Origin: Octopus bimaculoides | Taxonomy: Eukaryota | Reading direction: 5' to 3' | Length of the DNA stretch: 64,000 nt | Assembly (NCBI RefSeq): GCF_001194135.2 | Contig: NC_068981.1 | Location: forward strand, 126,989,097 to 127,053,096 | Shown here: positions 11,395-25,440 of the stretch, in pieces | How positions within the stretch are numbered: position 1 is the first letter of the stretch | How the letters are laid out: every line of letters starts with the position of its first letter | Notes under the pieces: model-generated | Databases searched by the model: none | The model's input: the letters and a program-made list of their open reading frames with translations, nothing else | What the model was told of the DNA's origin: nothing | Program-made: the position numbers and the translations under genes

Positions 11395-12945
11395 AATGAA
11401 AGGTAAATTAGACTGTATGATGCCTGTGTACAAACTGCAATGCTACATGGTAGTAAGACATGGACCCTAAATGCAGAGGACATGGGAAGACTAGAAGGAA
11501 TGAAGCTTGTATGTTCTGCTGGATGTAATGTTAATGTAAAGTTAGTGTACATGTGCAACAGAGTGCTAGTGTATTGAGAGAAAAGTTAGGTATAAGTGGA
11601 ACTAGATGCAGTATAAAAGAAAGAAGACTGCACTGGTTTGGTCATGTGATGCATTTGGATGAGGACAGCTGCATAAAAGAAGTACTGGTTGCTTAAAGTA
11701 AATGGAACTTGTGGAAGAGGGAGGCCTAGGAAGACATGGGATGATGTAGTGCAGGCTGATCTAAAGACGCTGAGCCTTACAGAATAGGTGATATAGGACC
11801 AAGATGATGGGTGTTGTGCTGTTTTTGAGAAGACCTACCCACAACAGCAAACTGATATCCTAAAAGCATTCTGATTGGTTGTAATCCATTCTGTCCCACA
11901 TCTCATTCCCTAACATCCAGCTCTCCATCACTCCTCTATCCATGGCACTATTTGGTGGCTGTAATCACTTGAGGTGGGTATTGGCACATGTTATTCCTCC
12001 TCCTTTTTTTGCAACCCCAGTTACAGCCTCCTTGCTGGAGCCACTTCCATCCCTTATTCCCATTATCCTTGCTTCATCACTCACTATTTTTTTGCAGTCA
12101 CCTCCTACCTGTGCCTTCAGTTATCTTCTCTGCCATACTCATTGTAACATATCACACACTATCTTTCTCAGTACCCTCCCATATCTGTCATCACACTCCA
12201 CTCTCTCTAACCACCCTTCTGTACCCTATATCTCCCTCTACACCACTTCTTCACTTCAGCTCCTCTCTACCTTCAGATCTATCTTTATTGAGCCACTTCC
12301 ATCTCTCCCACATTACATCTCTCCATACTGATATTTCCCCATCAACATTACATCCACCTTTGTTCTTCACTCACTACATTCACCTCTATCCCCCACCCCC
12401 TCTCTAACCATCTGTTACTCTCCTTTCACACTCTTATGAAAGTATCCACTCTCTCTCTGCCCCTCCCATGTCCCACTGTCCTTAACCTCTCGTATGCTCA
12501 CCTTCTTGTATCTTGAGAGTTTTCTCTGGCTCTGCATCACAACTTTCTTTTACCTCCCTCTCTATTATTCCTACCCACCCCTATAAAATGTAGAGTAGCC
12601 ATGTATCTCCTTTATAGCAAGACATCTGTGCATGTCCTTTCTATCAACACCTGATATAAAGCCACCCCACCCTCTCAAATACTCACACCACCCACTCAGT
12701 AGGAAAAGTGTTTCCTTTTCTTTTTATCTTACAAGTTACTTAGCAACCTCACTAGTGGTGGTGGCATGGAAAAAAAGCACTCAGTACACACTGTAATGTA
12801 ATTGGCATTAGGAATGCAATCCAGCCACAGAAACCATACCAAAACTGACACTAGAATTTGGCACAACCGTGCAGCTTGCTGGATCCTGTCAAACCATCAA
12901 ACCCATGCCAGCATGGGAAACAGATGTTAAATGATAATGATGATA
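11395..12945 (+). mobile_element. RTE LINE 3' end: ORF C-terminus, pyrimidine-rich 3'UTR and (GAT)n tail
   Basis: ..MLHGSKTW..LREKLGI..RRLHWFGHVM..GRGRPRKTWDDVVQADL, then a C/T-rich tract and the same terminal module seen in many dispersed copies. Confidence 0.75.
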
Positions 12946-12964
12946 TACATGTGTGTGTGAGTGT

Positions 12965-13228
12965 ATAAATAGTTCAACCTACACAAGTAACTTATGGAGT
13001 CCATGCAAGCAAAATAGTAAATTGGGAATCCACAGTAATATTTGAAGGGTCCATGAAAAAAATGTTACTTTGGATGTATTTATGACAAAAAACAGTAATA
13101 ACAGGAATATCTAGAATGCCGATGGAAGTGAATTTAAATATCAAATGGCTATGAAGGTCCACCAGAATAAAATAGTAATCAAAGGAGTCCATAGATAAAA
13201 ATGGTTGAAAACCACTGATGTACAAGGA
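12965..13228. mobile_element. Decayed hAT-like MITE
   Basis: Right end GGTTGAAAACCACTG (reverse complement CAGTGGTTTTCAACC); left end degenerate. Confidence 0.4.
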
Positions 13229-13427
13229 TTTCACGTCCATGGTGAAGAGAGGTTATGTAGGTCCAGGATGGAATAAGAAAAAGAGGCGTGGGACATGCTT
13301 ACTGTGGTATGGTTAGGCAAAGCAAAGAGTGATAGCAGTAATAATAAACAATACGAAGAGTGTCATGCTCTCTGTATTGTCTATTTACCTTTGTGAAGAG
13401 TTACATCAATTCTTTTAAAATAATATA

Positions 13428-13652
13428 ATGATAATAATAATCCTTTCTACTATAGGCACAAGGCCTGAAATTTTGGTGGAGGGGGTAAGTTGATTACATC
13501 AACCCCAGTACTCAACTAGTACTTAATTTATCGACCCTGAAAGAATGACAGGTAAAGTCTACCTCAGCGGAATTTGAACTCAGAATGTGCAGACAGACGA
13601 AAAGCTGCTAAGCATTTCACCCAGCATACTAACGAGTCTTCAGCTCACCACC
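13428..13652 (-). mobile_element. tRNA-headed SINE, family D (other copies 7608-7803+, 15600-15745+, 30225-30355-, 43291-43465+, 54340-54597+, 60174-60362-)
   Basis: A-box TGGCAGAATC, B-box GTTCAAATTCC and a shared GCCTTTCATCCTTTCGGGGTCGATAAA core repeated across the window. Confidence 0.8.
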
Positions 13653-14939
13653 TTATTATTATTATTATTATTATTGTTAATAACAATGATAATAATTTCT
13701 TATATAGACATAAAATCAGAAATTTAGGAGATGATAATGATCAATTATATCAACCCCAGTATCTGAATGATGCTTTGACTCCCTAAACAGCCAAATGTAT
13801 CCAGAAAACATTTTGTCCAATGTTCTGATGATTCTGCTACCAATCGCCTTGATAGCGATTTCTATTATAATAAAATATAAAGTAGCATTAGCATTTATTA
13901 GTTTAGAGAGTAAGGAGGAAATTGGGAAATTGTGGCTTTGAATGTTAGTGTGCCTAATTTAAACACAACTACCTGTCTCTTGGGTGCCCTTCATCAGAGT
14001 CCACTCTTTTGCAAATTTTTAGAGTAGGTCTTCAGTCTGAGGATAACTTTCTCTCAGCACTCTTGTAGGTCCTATAAAATAAGCCATGGGCAATGCTCTT
14101 ATTCCTTCTCCTGGCTAAGTCATATGTTAAAAAGAAGAGGAATAGGTCTAGGGATTCAGATCAGGGGATTTTAAATATATAGAATGACAACCACAACTAC
14201 TGTGAAATATGGCAAATTATATGAAAATATTTTGAGGTTCTGTTGGACTAGTTTTTTTTTTTTTATTAATTAGTCCAAGAAAGTGAAACAGCCTTCCAGA
14301 CTTGTGAGGTTGATATTTGAACTTCTATAAGTTCATGCTTGTAAGGAAAATGTAGGTAGGGATGGAGTTCTAGAGGACACCATAGTTCTAGGGAGGGAAG
14401 ATTAAGTGAAATGTTTAATATAGGATTTGCAGGACAAAACATCATAGGGATGAAGAGAGAAGATGGAAGTAGACTGGGCAGGACTTGGTATTTTAGTTTA
14501 GCTATGAGCTCACAAAATAGAAGTAGAAATATTAAATTTCATTCAATACTGTACAAGACTATTTTTACAATAGAAATAATGAAGTTAAATGAATCAACTT
14601 GTCTATATTATTTCTCAATTTCAGAAGGTATTTGGTATAACATATCATTCTTTTAAATTTCTTGTTAATTCTTTCTTGACACGTCAAAAAAAGACTAAAC
14701 TTTTATGGGAAGACAATGGCAAAATTGAAAATTAAGATGAGCTCTAAAGATTTCTTTACATTCAGACGACATCAGTGCATACAAACAATTATAACACCTA
14801 GCAATTGCTGCAACATTTTCTGTCATGTTTTTTAGACTTGGTAATAATTTTTTCTGCATATTGATAATTTATGCATTATGGGGGTTGATTTGCTGCCCAA
14901 GCACAGATTGTTCTTAATCATTTGTTTTCCTATTTCCAG

Positions 14940-15053
14940 TTTTCCAAACTCAGTATTGTCTACCAGATCCTCCTGGTTGCTGCTTACATCATGTTTGGTA
15001 TTATTGAGATTATCCGGCTTTATTTGGGTTACATTGGAAACTTAATGGAAAGA
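14940..15053 (+). CDS. TMEM17: TMEM17 exon 3 (FSKLSIVY...IEIIRLYLGYIGNLMER)
   Basis: tttccAG acceptor, GTATGT donor, 114 nt. Contains the IE.IRLYLGY.GNL.E motif of the TMEM17/216 family. Confidence 0.95.
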
Positions 15054-15954
15054 GTATGTAATCACTACAGCAACAACAACAATGGTTCTGAGGATTCCTT
15101 GTTGTTTTGTTTTCTCTTTTTTCAATTTGCCTTTTACTTAGTTTTGCTTATCCTTCTTGATAGAGGGAAACCTTAGTGGCATGAGAATACTTACAGAGAG
15201 TGAGTAAAAGAGTCTACGTAAGATGAAGCTATTAAACTGTAAACAACACACATCTTTACCAAGCAATTTTGTCATTTTCACTGTTGGACTGACCAAAGCC
15301 TTGTGAGTGGATTTGGTAGATAGAAACTGAAAGAAGCCCATCATACATATATGTATATATCTATGTGTGTGTGTCTGTGTTTGTCCCCCACCACCACTTG
15401 ACAACCAGTGTTGATATGTCTAAGTTCTTGTAACTTAGTGGTTAGGCAAAAAGAGACCGATAGAATAAGTAATAAGCTTTTAAAAAATGAGCCCTGGAGT
15501 TGATTTGTTTGACTAAAACCCTTCAAGGTAGTTCCCCAGCATAGCTGCAGTCAAATGACTGAAACAAGTAAAAGATAAAAGATTATTTGTAAGAATCTCA
15601 GAAAAAATGCTTGGCATTATTTGTTCTCGCTTTTATGCTCAAAGTTCAGATCCTGCCAAGGTCTACTTTGCCTTTCATCCTTTTCAGTTCCATAAAATAA
15701 GGTACAAATCAAAGTCACAAACTGAGATCAATGTAATCAACTAAACCCNNNNNNNNNNNNNNNNNNNNNNNNNNNNNNNNNNNNNNNNNNNNNNNNNNNN
15801 NNNNAGTTTATAATTTTTAAAGTCTCTCTATTTATTAATTGCCACAGATTTCAATAAAAGAAATATCAATTGTATAACAAAGAACACAATTATTGTGAGT
15901 TCACAACTAGTGTATTTTTTCATGATTAAAGTTGGGATGTAGAGAGTGATGTTT

Positions 15955-16186
15955 TACACAACATCTCGTGGCTGTTGCCAGTTCCGCCTGACTGGCCTTC
16001 GTGCTGGTGGCACGTAAAAGCACTCACTACACTCTCAGAGTGGTTGGCGTTAGGAATGGCATCCAGCTGTAGAAACTCTGCCAAATCAGATTGGAGCCTG
16101 GTGTAGCCATCTGGTTTCACCAGTCCTCAGTCAAATCGTCCAACCCATGCTAGCATGGAAAGCGGACGTTAAACGATGATGATGAT
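15955..16186 (+). mobile_element. (GAT)n-tailed retroposon 3' module, family B (young copies 18585-18746+, 39485-39714+, 45491-45803-, 53604-54110-, 55245-55543+; older copies near 4160, 5590, 6630, 22545, 42740, 44560, 52420)
   Basis: Near-identical GGCGTTAGGAAGGGCATCCAGCTGTAGAAACTCTGCC...GCATGGAAAGCGGACGTTAAACGATGATGAT copies. Confidence 0.85.
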
Positions 16187-17295
16187 CTCATATGTCTTGT
16201 TAGGAAAAAAAAAAAAAGAAGATACTATTTATATATATTGAACATACATTTGTGACCTGTGCCATATGACATTTTTTGCTCATTTATTTAGTCCAAGAAG
16301 AACCAGACTAAAAACTTAGGTCCAATGGACTCTAATGGTTCATGAAAATATTTAATGTCTCACAAAACACCACGCACACTGGTACATCTATTTTTCTGAT
16401 TTTATTAATAGAAGTTGCAAAAGAAACTCACCAAAGAATAAATTCAAAATCTGCCTCAAAGCCAATCAAAAGAGAGTAGAAATTGAACCTTCTGTAGACT
16501 ATGGTTCCTTAAAAAAAACCTTCCATATGACCGTCATAACTTCACTTTCAACAAATCCTATTGTCACAGTGTCTTTTCTATCACTACCACAATCTGTGCA
16601 CCTCCACTATCAAAACATACACTAGCCACTCTACCTGTCATGGGAGTCCCCATACAGTCACTCAACCTATAAGAAATAACAGCCAAATCTCCTTCAGGTC
16701 ATACCCAGCCATCTTTAAAAAGAAAATATTGAATAATGTAGTCTGATATCTAAAAATGGAGAGATGATCAAGGATGAAATACCTTTGATCATAGATTTGT
16801 TTGATCAAAAGGCTGATATGAGACCTAATCCTTCCTAGTCATAACTGCACCCCTCTGAACTTGCTCTCTCCTCTTTAGAACACCATAGCATTTTTGACTC
16901 ATGAAATTCTGTATAGATTCCAATAGTATAAGGAAATATATGAGATATAGAATTACTCTTCACTATGCACAGGAACAGTAGTTTCTATTGTGGAAGTGCT
17001 GTAGTCAGTCAAATTAATCCTATTGTATTACTAATGCTTACTGACTTCCTATCAAAATTTTAACTCATACTGAATTGAAACATAATAAAATATATGCTCT
17101 AATATTCAGTTTAATCATCTTTACTAACCATGTACTGTCTTAAATAAGTGAAGTAATAATTAATGATTTGGTAATGACATGTATGTACTTTTGATTTACA
17201 TTAGAAGCAACCTATTTTTACAGGAGCTAAAACTATACATGCACAATTAGTAAAGGGCTTTATTTAGTATTTATTATTTATTTATCTATTTGCAG

Positions 17296-17538
17296 GTACC
17301 TGAGCTTTCCGGATCTTGGCTTTTGACGTTACTGATGCAGTTCCCTCTAATTATATTTCTGCTGTTCAATGAAAGCCAGACATTTCCTCTTGAAATAGCT
17401 CTTCATATAGTCATGTTTGGGTTTATTCTGATTGAAATATTTTCAGGTTATTTTGCTATTCGTACCATGATCAACTACCAGATGACACAGTTTCACTTGC
17501 GTCAGTTTTCTGACCTAGAGTTTATTACTCAAGACTAA
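17296..17538 (+). CDS. TMEM17: TMEM17 exon 4 (VPELSGSWLLTLLMQFP...FITQD*)
   Basis: ttgcAG acceptor, stop TAA at 17536-17538. Matches human VPELAGFWLLSLLLQLP...FHLQDF. Total CDS 576 nt = 191 aa. Candidate AATAAA at 17859-17864. Confidence 0.95.
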   Translation, partial: VPELSGSWLLTLLMQFPLIIFLLFNESQTFPLEIALHIVMFGFILIEIFSGYFAIRTMINYQMTQFHLRQFSDLEFITQD

Positions 17539-18128
17539 AGGAAAAGACAGGATAAAGAGATTGTTTCAATGTGTACAGACGAATTTTACACACCTCATTA
17601 AATTTAAATAGCCCTTATATATATGTGTATGTGTGTGTGTACAAACTAATACAATCCCTTTTTCTAACAGTTAACAGATCAAGACACAAGATACTTCTGA
17701 TACTTTAAGGTATAAAGTATAGCCATACCATAGTATCAGTGTGGATAGGAATAGAGTATCTTAGGCTTTTAATTGTTAGCTTCTATGTTATAATGCCATG
17801 ACAAGTGAAAGTTATTACTGTGAGCTCAACTCTACACTAGTGTCTATTTAATAGTTAAAATAAAGGAAGCATTCCAATGTAAGTCTTAAATGTTGCCGAG
17901 TGAAAGATATTTTTCAGATATTTAATGAAAAAAATCAACTATTTTGTCTGATTGTTTGATTTCATCAAAGACATATTGAAATGTTGAATATTATTCATCA
18001 AATAGCTCACTTTGTAACTGTGTGGAACCTTAAGCCAGTGTCTTTTACTATATTTACTATATTCCTTGGCTAACCAATGTCATGTGAATGGAAACTGTGT
18101 ACACATAAGCCCATTGTGTGTGTGTGTG

Positions 18129-18168
<40 letters not shown>

Positions 18169-20999
18169 AACACGCACACACATAGATATACACACATGTA
18201 CATACATGCATGTATGTCTTTGTGTGTGTTTTTATGACTGTGGTTGTCATTCCCGCCATCGTTTGACTACCATTGTTAGTTTGCTTACATACTTGTAACT
18301 TAGCAGTTTCACAAAAGTGACTGATAGAATAAGTACTAGACTTAAAATATATATATATAAGTACTAGGGGTGATGAATTTTGACAAAAACCCTTCAGGGC
18401 AATGCCCCAGTATGGCTGGTATCCAATGACTGAAACAAGTAAAAGATAAGAGATAATAGAAGTATGCAGTTACAAGATTCTGGTATAAAATCAAAAAGCT
18501 TGATTTTCTTGTTTTAATGCAATTTCAGCTTTATTAAATACATTACCAGCAGCTGAATGATTATACTTAAGCCCTGAGAATCTCTGAGTGGTTGGCGTTA
18601 GGAAGGGCATCCAGCTGTAGAAACTCTGCCAAATTAGATTGGAGCCTGGTGTAGCCATCCGGTTGCACGAGTCCTCAGTCAAATCGTCCAACCCATGCTA
18701 GCATGGAAAGCGGACGTTAAACGATGATGATGATGATGATGATGATATATATATATATATAGTTTCATTCATTAGACTGCGACCATGCTGGGGCACCACC
18801 TTGAGGGATTTTAGTCGAACTAATCAACCCCAGTACTTATCTCCTTTTAAACCTGGTACTTATTCTATTGGTTTTTTTTGCTGAACCACTAAGTTATGGG
18901 GATGTAAACACACCAACACTAGATGTCAAGCGGTGGTAGGGGTCAAACACAGACACAAAGATACACACACATATACATACGACAGGCTTTCTTCAGTTTC
19001 TATCTATCAAATCCACTCACAAGGTTTTGGTCAGCCCAAGGCTATAGTTGACAACACTTGCCCAGAGTACTGGTTTCAGGTTCAGTCCCATGTGGTTGGG
19101 AAGCAAACTTCTTTCTACACAGCCACACCTGCACCTATGTGTGTGTGTGTGTGATTTTGGTCCCAATCTAAAAAACATGTCAAACTGGTATTCTACAATT
19201 TCATCTTTAACCATTTCATTACCAACCTTCCTGACTGAGACTAACCTTGGCTTTATGAAACAAAATTACTCATATTTAAATCAAAATCTTCAATCATAAT
19301 TTTGTATAAAAATCATTTTGTTATACAACCAATGAGTCATTTTACTGAATCCCTCCAAATCCTTGATTAGTAGAAAAAGAAAAAAAAAGAAAAAAAAGGC
19401 ACAGGCAATGTGATTCATCAGAAATATGGTCTTGAAGAGGTTATGGGTTAATTAGGATATAAAATCACATTTTTATATATTGAAATCAAAATCTTTTTTA
19501 ATATATATAAAAGATATATAAAATCAATTCATAAAATATCAAACTTTGTTATTCTATTTAAAAAATAATAATTGGCTTGATCCTTTTCAGAATATATGCA
19601 ATAAGGCATTGAAGAAGTAAAATATTCATTCAGTATCACCACTTAATAAAAAGAATTTTAAATTTCCTTTATAATTGTATTTTTTCAGTATCTTATTGTT
19701 CACGACTCTGAACATCTAAAAAGGGGTTTCACCAAAGGTACTTTAGGTTTCACATAACTTCAATTTTTACAATAAAAAGGAGCTGGTAAGGCAGGTCCAA
19801 CAAGAGCAAAATATTGCAGCATCATTAAAAAAAAGTCCACAGAAAAACAATAAATTTTAATAGTTAGAATTTGACATTTAGATTGGTTTCATTTGGAGCC
19901 ATATGTCATATGTGTACACCTATAAGGTGTGCAAGATACAATACTTCACATCTGCATTCTGACTATTGCCTTTACATTCAACTATGTTATTGCATAAATG
20001 TGATAGCCAGAAGAATGTGAGAAACTGAGTATATATTTTGCATGCTTAATAGGTGTAAAGATATTGTGTATACACACTTATATGAAATGTGGCTGCAACT
20101 AAAACCAAAAGAAAAAAGCTTTGATGGAAAAGAGAGCTGTGAACATTGAAATCTGAGTAATAATCAAGATATTTAAATTATATTCATTTTAAAGAAATAA
20201 AATTGTTCAAGTATTTACATTTCAACTGACCCCTGTCTTTCAGTGAAGGTGAATTTCTTCAGAAACCACTTTGAGCAATGCTCAGATAATTTAGGCTTGA
20301 ACATTTTTGGATTTTCTAAGTTTAATTTTTCAGAATTGGATATATTTGTTGTTCAATTTCCTCAAAATCAAATGGTGTCACATTGAATGAATTAAAATGC
20401 AAAATCTTTATTACATATTTACTGGGTATGTAAAATAAATTTACTGAAACTGCTTTATAAAAAACAAAAAATTACAAGCAGTATATTTTCAAATATTTTA
20501 AAATAAGAAAGAAAAGATAAATAAAATAATCCAACACACCCACACTTTACAGGCACTGAGTTTAAGAAGCATGCTTCCCAACCACGTGGTTTTAAGGTTC
20601 AGTCCCACTGAATCCCATACATATATGAATAAATATATCTATATTCCACCGTCCTCTCTTCTGCAACCCCACTCTGTCAAGGTTCTTATCTTGGCCATTG
20701 TCATGAAAATATTACCCAATAAACTCTGTAAAGTGATTGGCACCAGGGAGGGCAGTACAACTCATGCCAGCATGGAAGACAACATTAAATGATGATGACA
20801 TACATACAGACAGACAGACACATATATCTAGATTTAGATATGTTTCAAGCCATGTCCAACTTAATAGCACCACCTGATAGAATCTGTTATGTCACTTTTA
20901 AGTCAAGATTTGTGGTATCATAGCCCATTCAAGTAAGCTGTTGATTGAAATGTATCCAGGTACTTTGGTTTGTTCAGTATTCTCTGACATAATTTGTCC

Positions 21000-22400
21000 A
21001 GATATCGTTTAATGGTTATAGGATCTTTTTCTTTGGTTTATTTTGTGATAACATTAAATAGAGCAGGACCTGTAAAGGACAAGTGATTGTACTGCAGTGT
21101 AGTTATGTCATGAGCCTGAATCATGTAAGAGGTCCATGGCACAGGGTCCCAGCCTGGAGTGAGTTGTGAACTTGATGTTAATCGTTTGGGCAATGACAGT
21201 GGTATATTCTTCACATGGTACAAATGATGTAGCACTCATGACTGCACTGGAGACAATAATTTCAAAGTTTTAAGCTGGTTCCAATAATGAAGATCTGTCA
21301 GAGCATTTATTAATTTTTTTTATTGCTTACTGTAGTGTCTCAATTCACATGTTTTGTTTGGTATGGGGAGACCACAGGGGGCAGCAGTATTCAAGGTATG
21401 GTTGTACAAAGGAGGGGGAAAGGAAATGATGACAACTAGTTTTCTGGTCTGGAAAATTCCGAGGACCAAGGAGCTCCCCTTGTAAGCCATACCAACCTTA
21501 TTGCTGATGTGAGCACCCCAGCTGAGATTGTCAACTAAGTCTGTGTTATTATTGGATGCCATGAGTGATTTTCCTGAAGGAAGAGAGTATGATTATTTTA
21601 AGTGCATGAGTTCAAATTTTCCATCATTTATTAGCATGCTGCTTCCGTCTCCCCATTGACTTACAGCATGCAGATCAGATTGGGGTTTTGTTTGGTTTTC
21701 TCCATTGGTAAGTTTTTGAAACTTGGAGTCATCTGCAAACATTTTTATTTCGCTGTGTTTGATGATATTTGAAATGTCATTTATACAAACTATGAAGAAA
21801 GTGGATCTAATACAGTCCTTGGGGGAACATCACTAGTGACTTTTGCTGGGCTTGAATGGACTCCAGTGATCACATGTTGGGTTCTGATCACCAGAAAATT
21901 GTTGATCCAGTCCAGCAGTTTATCACAGATTCCAATATCAGGCAATTGTAACAGAAGGATGTCATGGTAGGCTCTGCTGAGGAAAGATATATAACATCAG
22001 TGTTCAAGCTCACTCCCAAAACTTTAAGGATATCACTAAAGTGATGTAGAAGTTGTATTATGCTGTCTTTGCCACAACAAAAGCCATGTTGATTGGAATT
22101 TAGAAGGTCATCACTCTCCAGTAAGCCAGTTATTCTTGATCTGACCACCCTTTCAAACACTTTGATGAAATAGGAGGTGAGTAAAATTGGACAATAATTA
22201 ACTTAAAGGAATCTGTTCCTCTTTTTGAAGATCATGATGACAAGTTGTAATAAGAAGTGTTTGGATATACAGCTGGAGTTTTAAAGATTTTCTCCTGAGG
22301 TCAGTTAGAGGAGATACAAGTTGGTGTCAGCATTCCTTTAGGACACTAACAAGGCCTGCTGCAGAATATTTGGTTTCCTTTATTTCTGTAGTGATATCAG
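21000..22400 (-). mobile_element. CR1/L2-group LINE reverse-transcriptase relic
   Basis: FERVVRSRI..NQHGF..DVIYL..VPQGTVLDPL..KMFADDSK in frameshifted pieces. Confidence 0.85.
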
Positions 22401-22984
22401 AGACATTGAAAATTATAAGAAATAACATGTTGGGGGTTGAGTTTGTTGAAATATTTTATGTCAACGTCAGTAGAATCAGTAAAGATAGCAATATTGTTCC
22501 TGTAGATTCATTGTCATAAAAAGTCCTCATTACACTCTTGGTGTGGTCAGCATTAGGAAGGGCATCCAGCCGTAGAAACTGTGCCAAATCAGATTGGAGC
22601 CTGGTGCAGTTCTCCAGCTTACCAGTTCCAGTCAAACTATCTGACCCATGCCAGCATGGAAAGCAGACGCTAAATAATGATAATGATATATTTATTATAA
22701 TATAGGTGTGAGGGGTATTTGGAGTATTTCAGGCACTTAATTGTGCAATACTCTCTTCAAACCTACTAAAAGGTTTTTATTTCTTTCAGATCCCACTTGA
22801 CAGATAAATTACTTACACAAGAAGTGAAAAGACATATTATTGAAATTGCCAATTTCTAAATGTTGCAGGGTCTTTTGTATATAAAATTCAGATGGGAATG
22901 TTTCAATTGTATCAAAGAGAAAATTCTAAAGAGAACATTCTAAATATTTAAACATAAGGATATTGCAATTCATCCAATAAGTTC

Positions 22985-23745
22985 AAAACATTGTCAATGA
23001 TGATAGCCAAAAATCAATGATAGCCATCACCAAAGAACTTCAGATGTCAAAGGAGACTATTAGAACTGTGGTGCATGAGAACATCTGATGTATTGAAGAG
23101 AGTCCATTTCATGTCTGCAATGACACAGAAAGACTGATTCGAGTCAGGCAGTTACTTAACAAGGTGAACAAAGCATGCTTTCATTTTCTGATGAAAAACT
23201 TCAACCAAAACCAGAAGTCTAACAGGAGAAATGACAGATTATGTACAGATCCTTCTGGTATCACCTGAGTGATGTACACTAAGTTTCCAGCACTGATATG
23301 GTTTTAGGAGTAGTATGTAACAAAGTCATGCCATCTCACATTTTACCACAGGGTCTTAGAACTAATGCTGCTGGATGCATTGAGATGCTAGAAACAGCTG
23401 TTAAGCTCTAGATGGATGAAGTCTGCAGTGGAAGGCTTTATGTGTTTCAACAAAACTCAGTACCTTCTAAGAAAGCTCACATAACTCAAGAATGGATGTC
23501 AGACAATCCTCATGATCACATAACACCAAACTTGTGACATCCAAACATAGCAAACATTTTGAGCATTGTTGAAAGAGACTAATCAACTTCCTCACAATAT
23601 TATAGCTTCACTGAGGGCCACCATTGTCCAGATGATGTTGAAATGAATAAGAAGTGTTTAGTGCAGACATGTCAATGACTCCAGTCCTACATTAAAGCAG
23701 TCATCAAAGCTGAAAGCTTATCAAAAATGTATGCACAGATTTTTT
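22985..23745 (+). mobile_element. maT/DD37D-like transposase pseudogene
   Basis: Broken translation FSDEK..NRRNDR..TKFPA..MVLGVV..VFQQNS.PS.KAH.TQEWMS..DHITPN. Confidence 0.75.
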
Positions 23746-24419
23746 ACTAAAATGATTTGTGTTTATTAGATTAGAATTTTTTTTTATCAAGTTACCAAAT
23801 ACACACTCAAATCTCACACCCAATATATATATATATATATATATGTTTGTGTATGTGTATGTAGATATATGAATATAAAAATATATATCTATATATATAT
23901 GTGTACACATACACACACATACATTATATCGTGTGCACAAATACATGTGCGACTGCTATTGTTGAGTTTAGAGCTCCTTGAAAATTATAATCATCCAGTC
24001 TGCTTCTAGTATAGCAGTTTGGCTACTACTATACTTAGTGGCATAACTAGTCACATTATACAGAGCAAATATAGAACTTACAAGAAATACAAGTTCATAT
24101 CACTTGTTCATATGTATATGTTACCACTGGTTGTTTGGAACTCTGCATAGGATGTTCCAAGTGCAATTGCTTAATCACAACAGATCATCCAGGGAACATT
24201 TTATTGCATTATATTACAGAGAATTAAAGTTTACACACATAAGAACAAATGATATAAGCTTATGTTTATTGTAATTTCTCCAATATATGTATACACACAC
24301 ATACATAATATATGCATACACATATAAATGCATATATTTATACACACATATATAGATATCTATATATACATAGTTATATGTGTGTGTGTATATATATGTA
24401 TATCATGGACTCTCCCGTA

Positions 24420-24570
24420 GTTATATGATGCATAATGTGCCGAACAACCACACATGATTTGTTTATAGTGATCAAATGTTTATGAAATGATTGCAGAGCA
24501 ACTGGGAATCGAACCCACAATCTCGCAATTGTGAATGCAACACTCTAATCACTAAGCCATGCACCTTCAC
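24420..24570 (-). mobile_element. tRNA-derived SINE head (related copy 8305-8460+)
   Basis: TGGCTTAGTGATTAGAGTG A-box and GGTTCGATTCCC B-box on -. Confidence 0.55.
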
Positions 24571-24629
24571 ACACACACATATATACATACATACACAAAC
24601 ACACACATAAGGTGTTTGAGTTAAATTTG

Positions 24630-25440
24630 ACAGTTTGCATAAAAGTATTTTACAAATATATCAACTAGATTTTGGCTGGAAGATGACAGTTTACTCCAAG
24701 TGGTCCCACTCATCTTCCACCATAGCCTCAAGATGGCTTCAGAACCAGACACATGCATTCCTCACTGTGTCCCTGGAAAGATCTTCGAACACCTCCTTGA
24801 TCTTGGCCTTGATGTTGCAAGAAAAGTAGTTGGTATTTCTCAACTGCGTCCTACACATAGTAATCCATATGATTACAATTGGTGGGAATTAGGAAACCAG
24901 AAATTGGGGTTGGTGAAGTTGTAGAAATTCTCTGACAACCACTTCTGACTCTTTCCAGAGGTATAACAAGGAACCGAATCCTGCTGCTACACATATGGCC
25001 TTCCAGCAGCAACCCTCTCTAGGCAGAGATTGATCACAGGTTCCAGCAGCTTCATATAGCCATCTGAACTGAGCTTCAAAGATTTTGGGGTGAATTCTGG
25101 CATGCAGACACCTAGTGCCTACAGTGTCCCTTCCTGCTGGCCATGGGTTTATAGTTTCTGTTGCAGCTGCCCATGTCACATCTTACAGTCTTCACAATAT
25201 TCACAGAGCACTGAGCAGCAGTCGTGATGTCAGCATTTTGATACCTGGTGTGAATCATCACAATACAGGTAACTCTTTTCCAATATTCAGATGGCTTCTA
25301 GTCCTGCATGTCATCTAACTTTTCCCAACTACAACTTTAATCTTTATGCTCTCCAACACTGACGACTGTTCACTGATACCTCAAGGTGTTCCTGAAAAAG
25401 GAGACATAACAAAAAAAAATCATCAAATTTAACCCTAGCC
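24630..25440 (-). mobile_element. maT/DD37D-like internally deleted element
   Basis: Transposase N-terminal relic joined to a C-terminal relic (..GRPY..QQDS..SQKWLSENF..DYYV..); left end matches 4357-4440. Confidence 0.7.
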
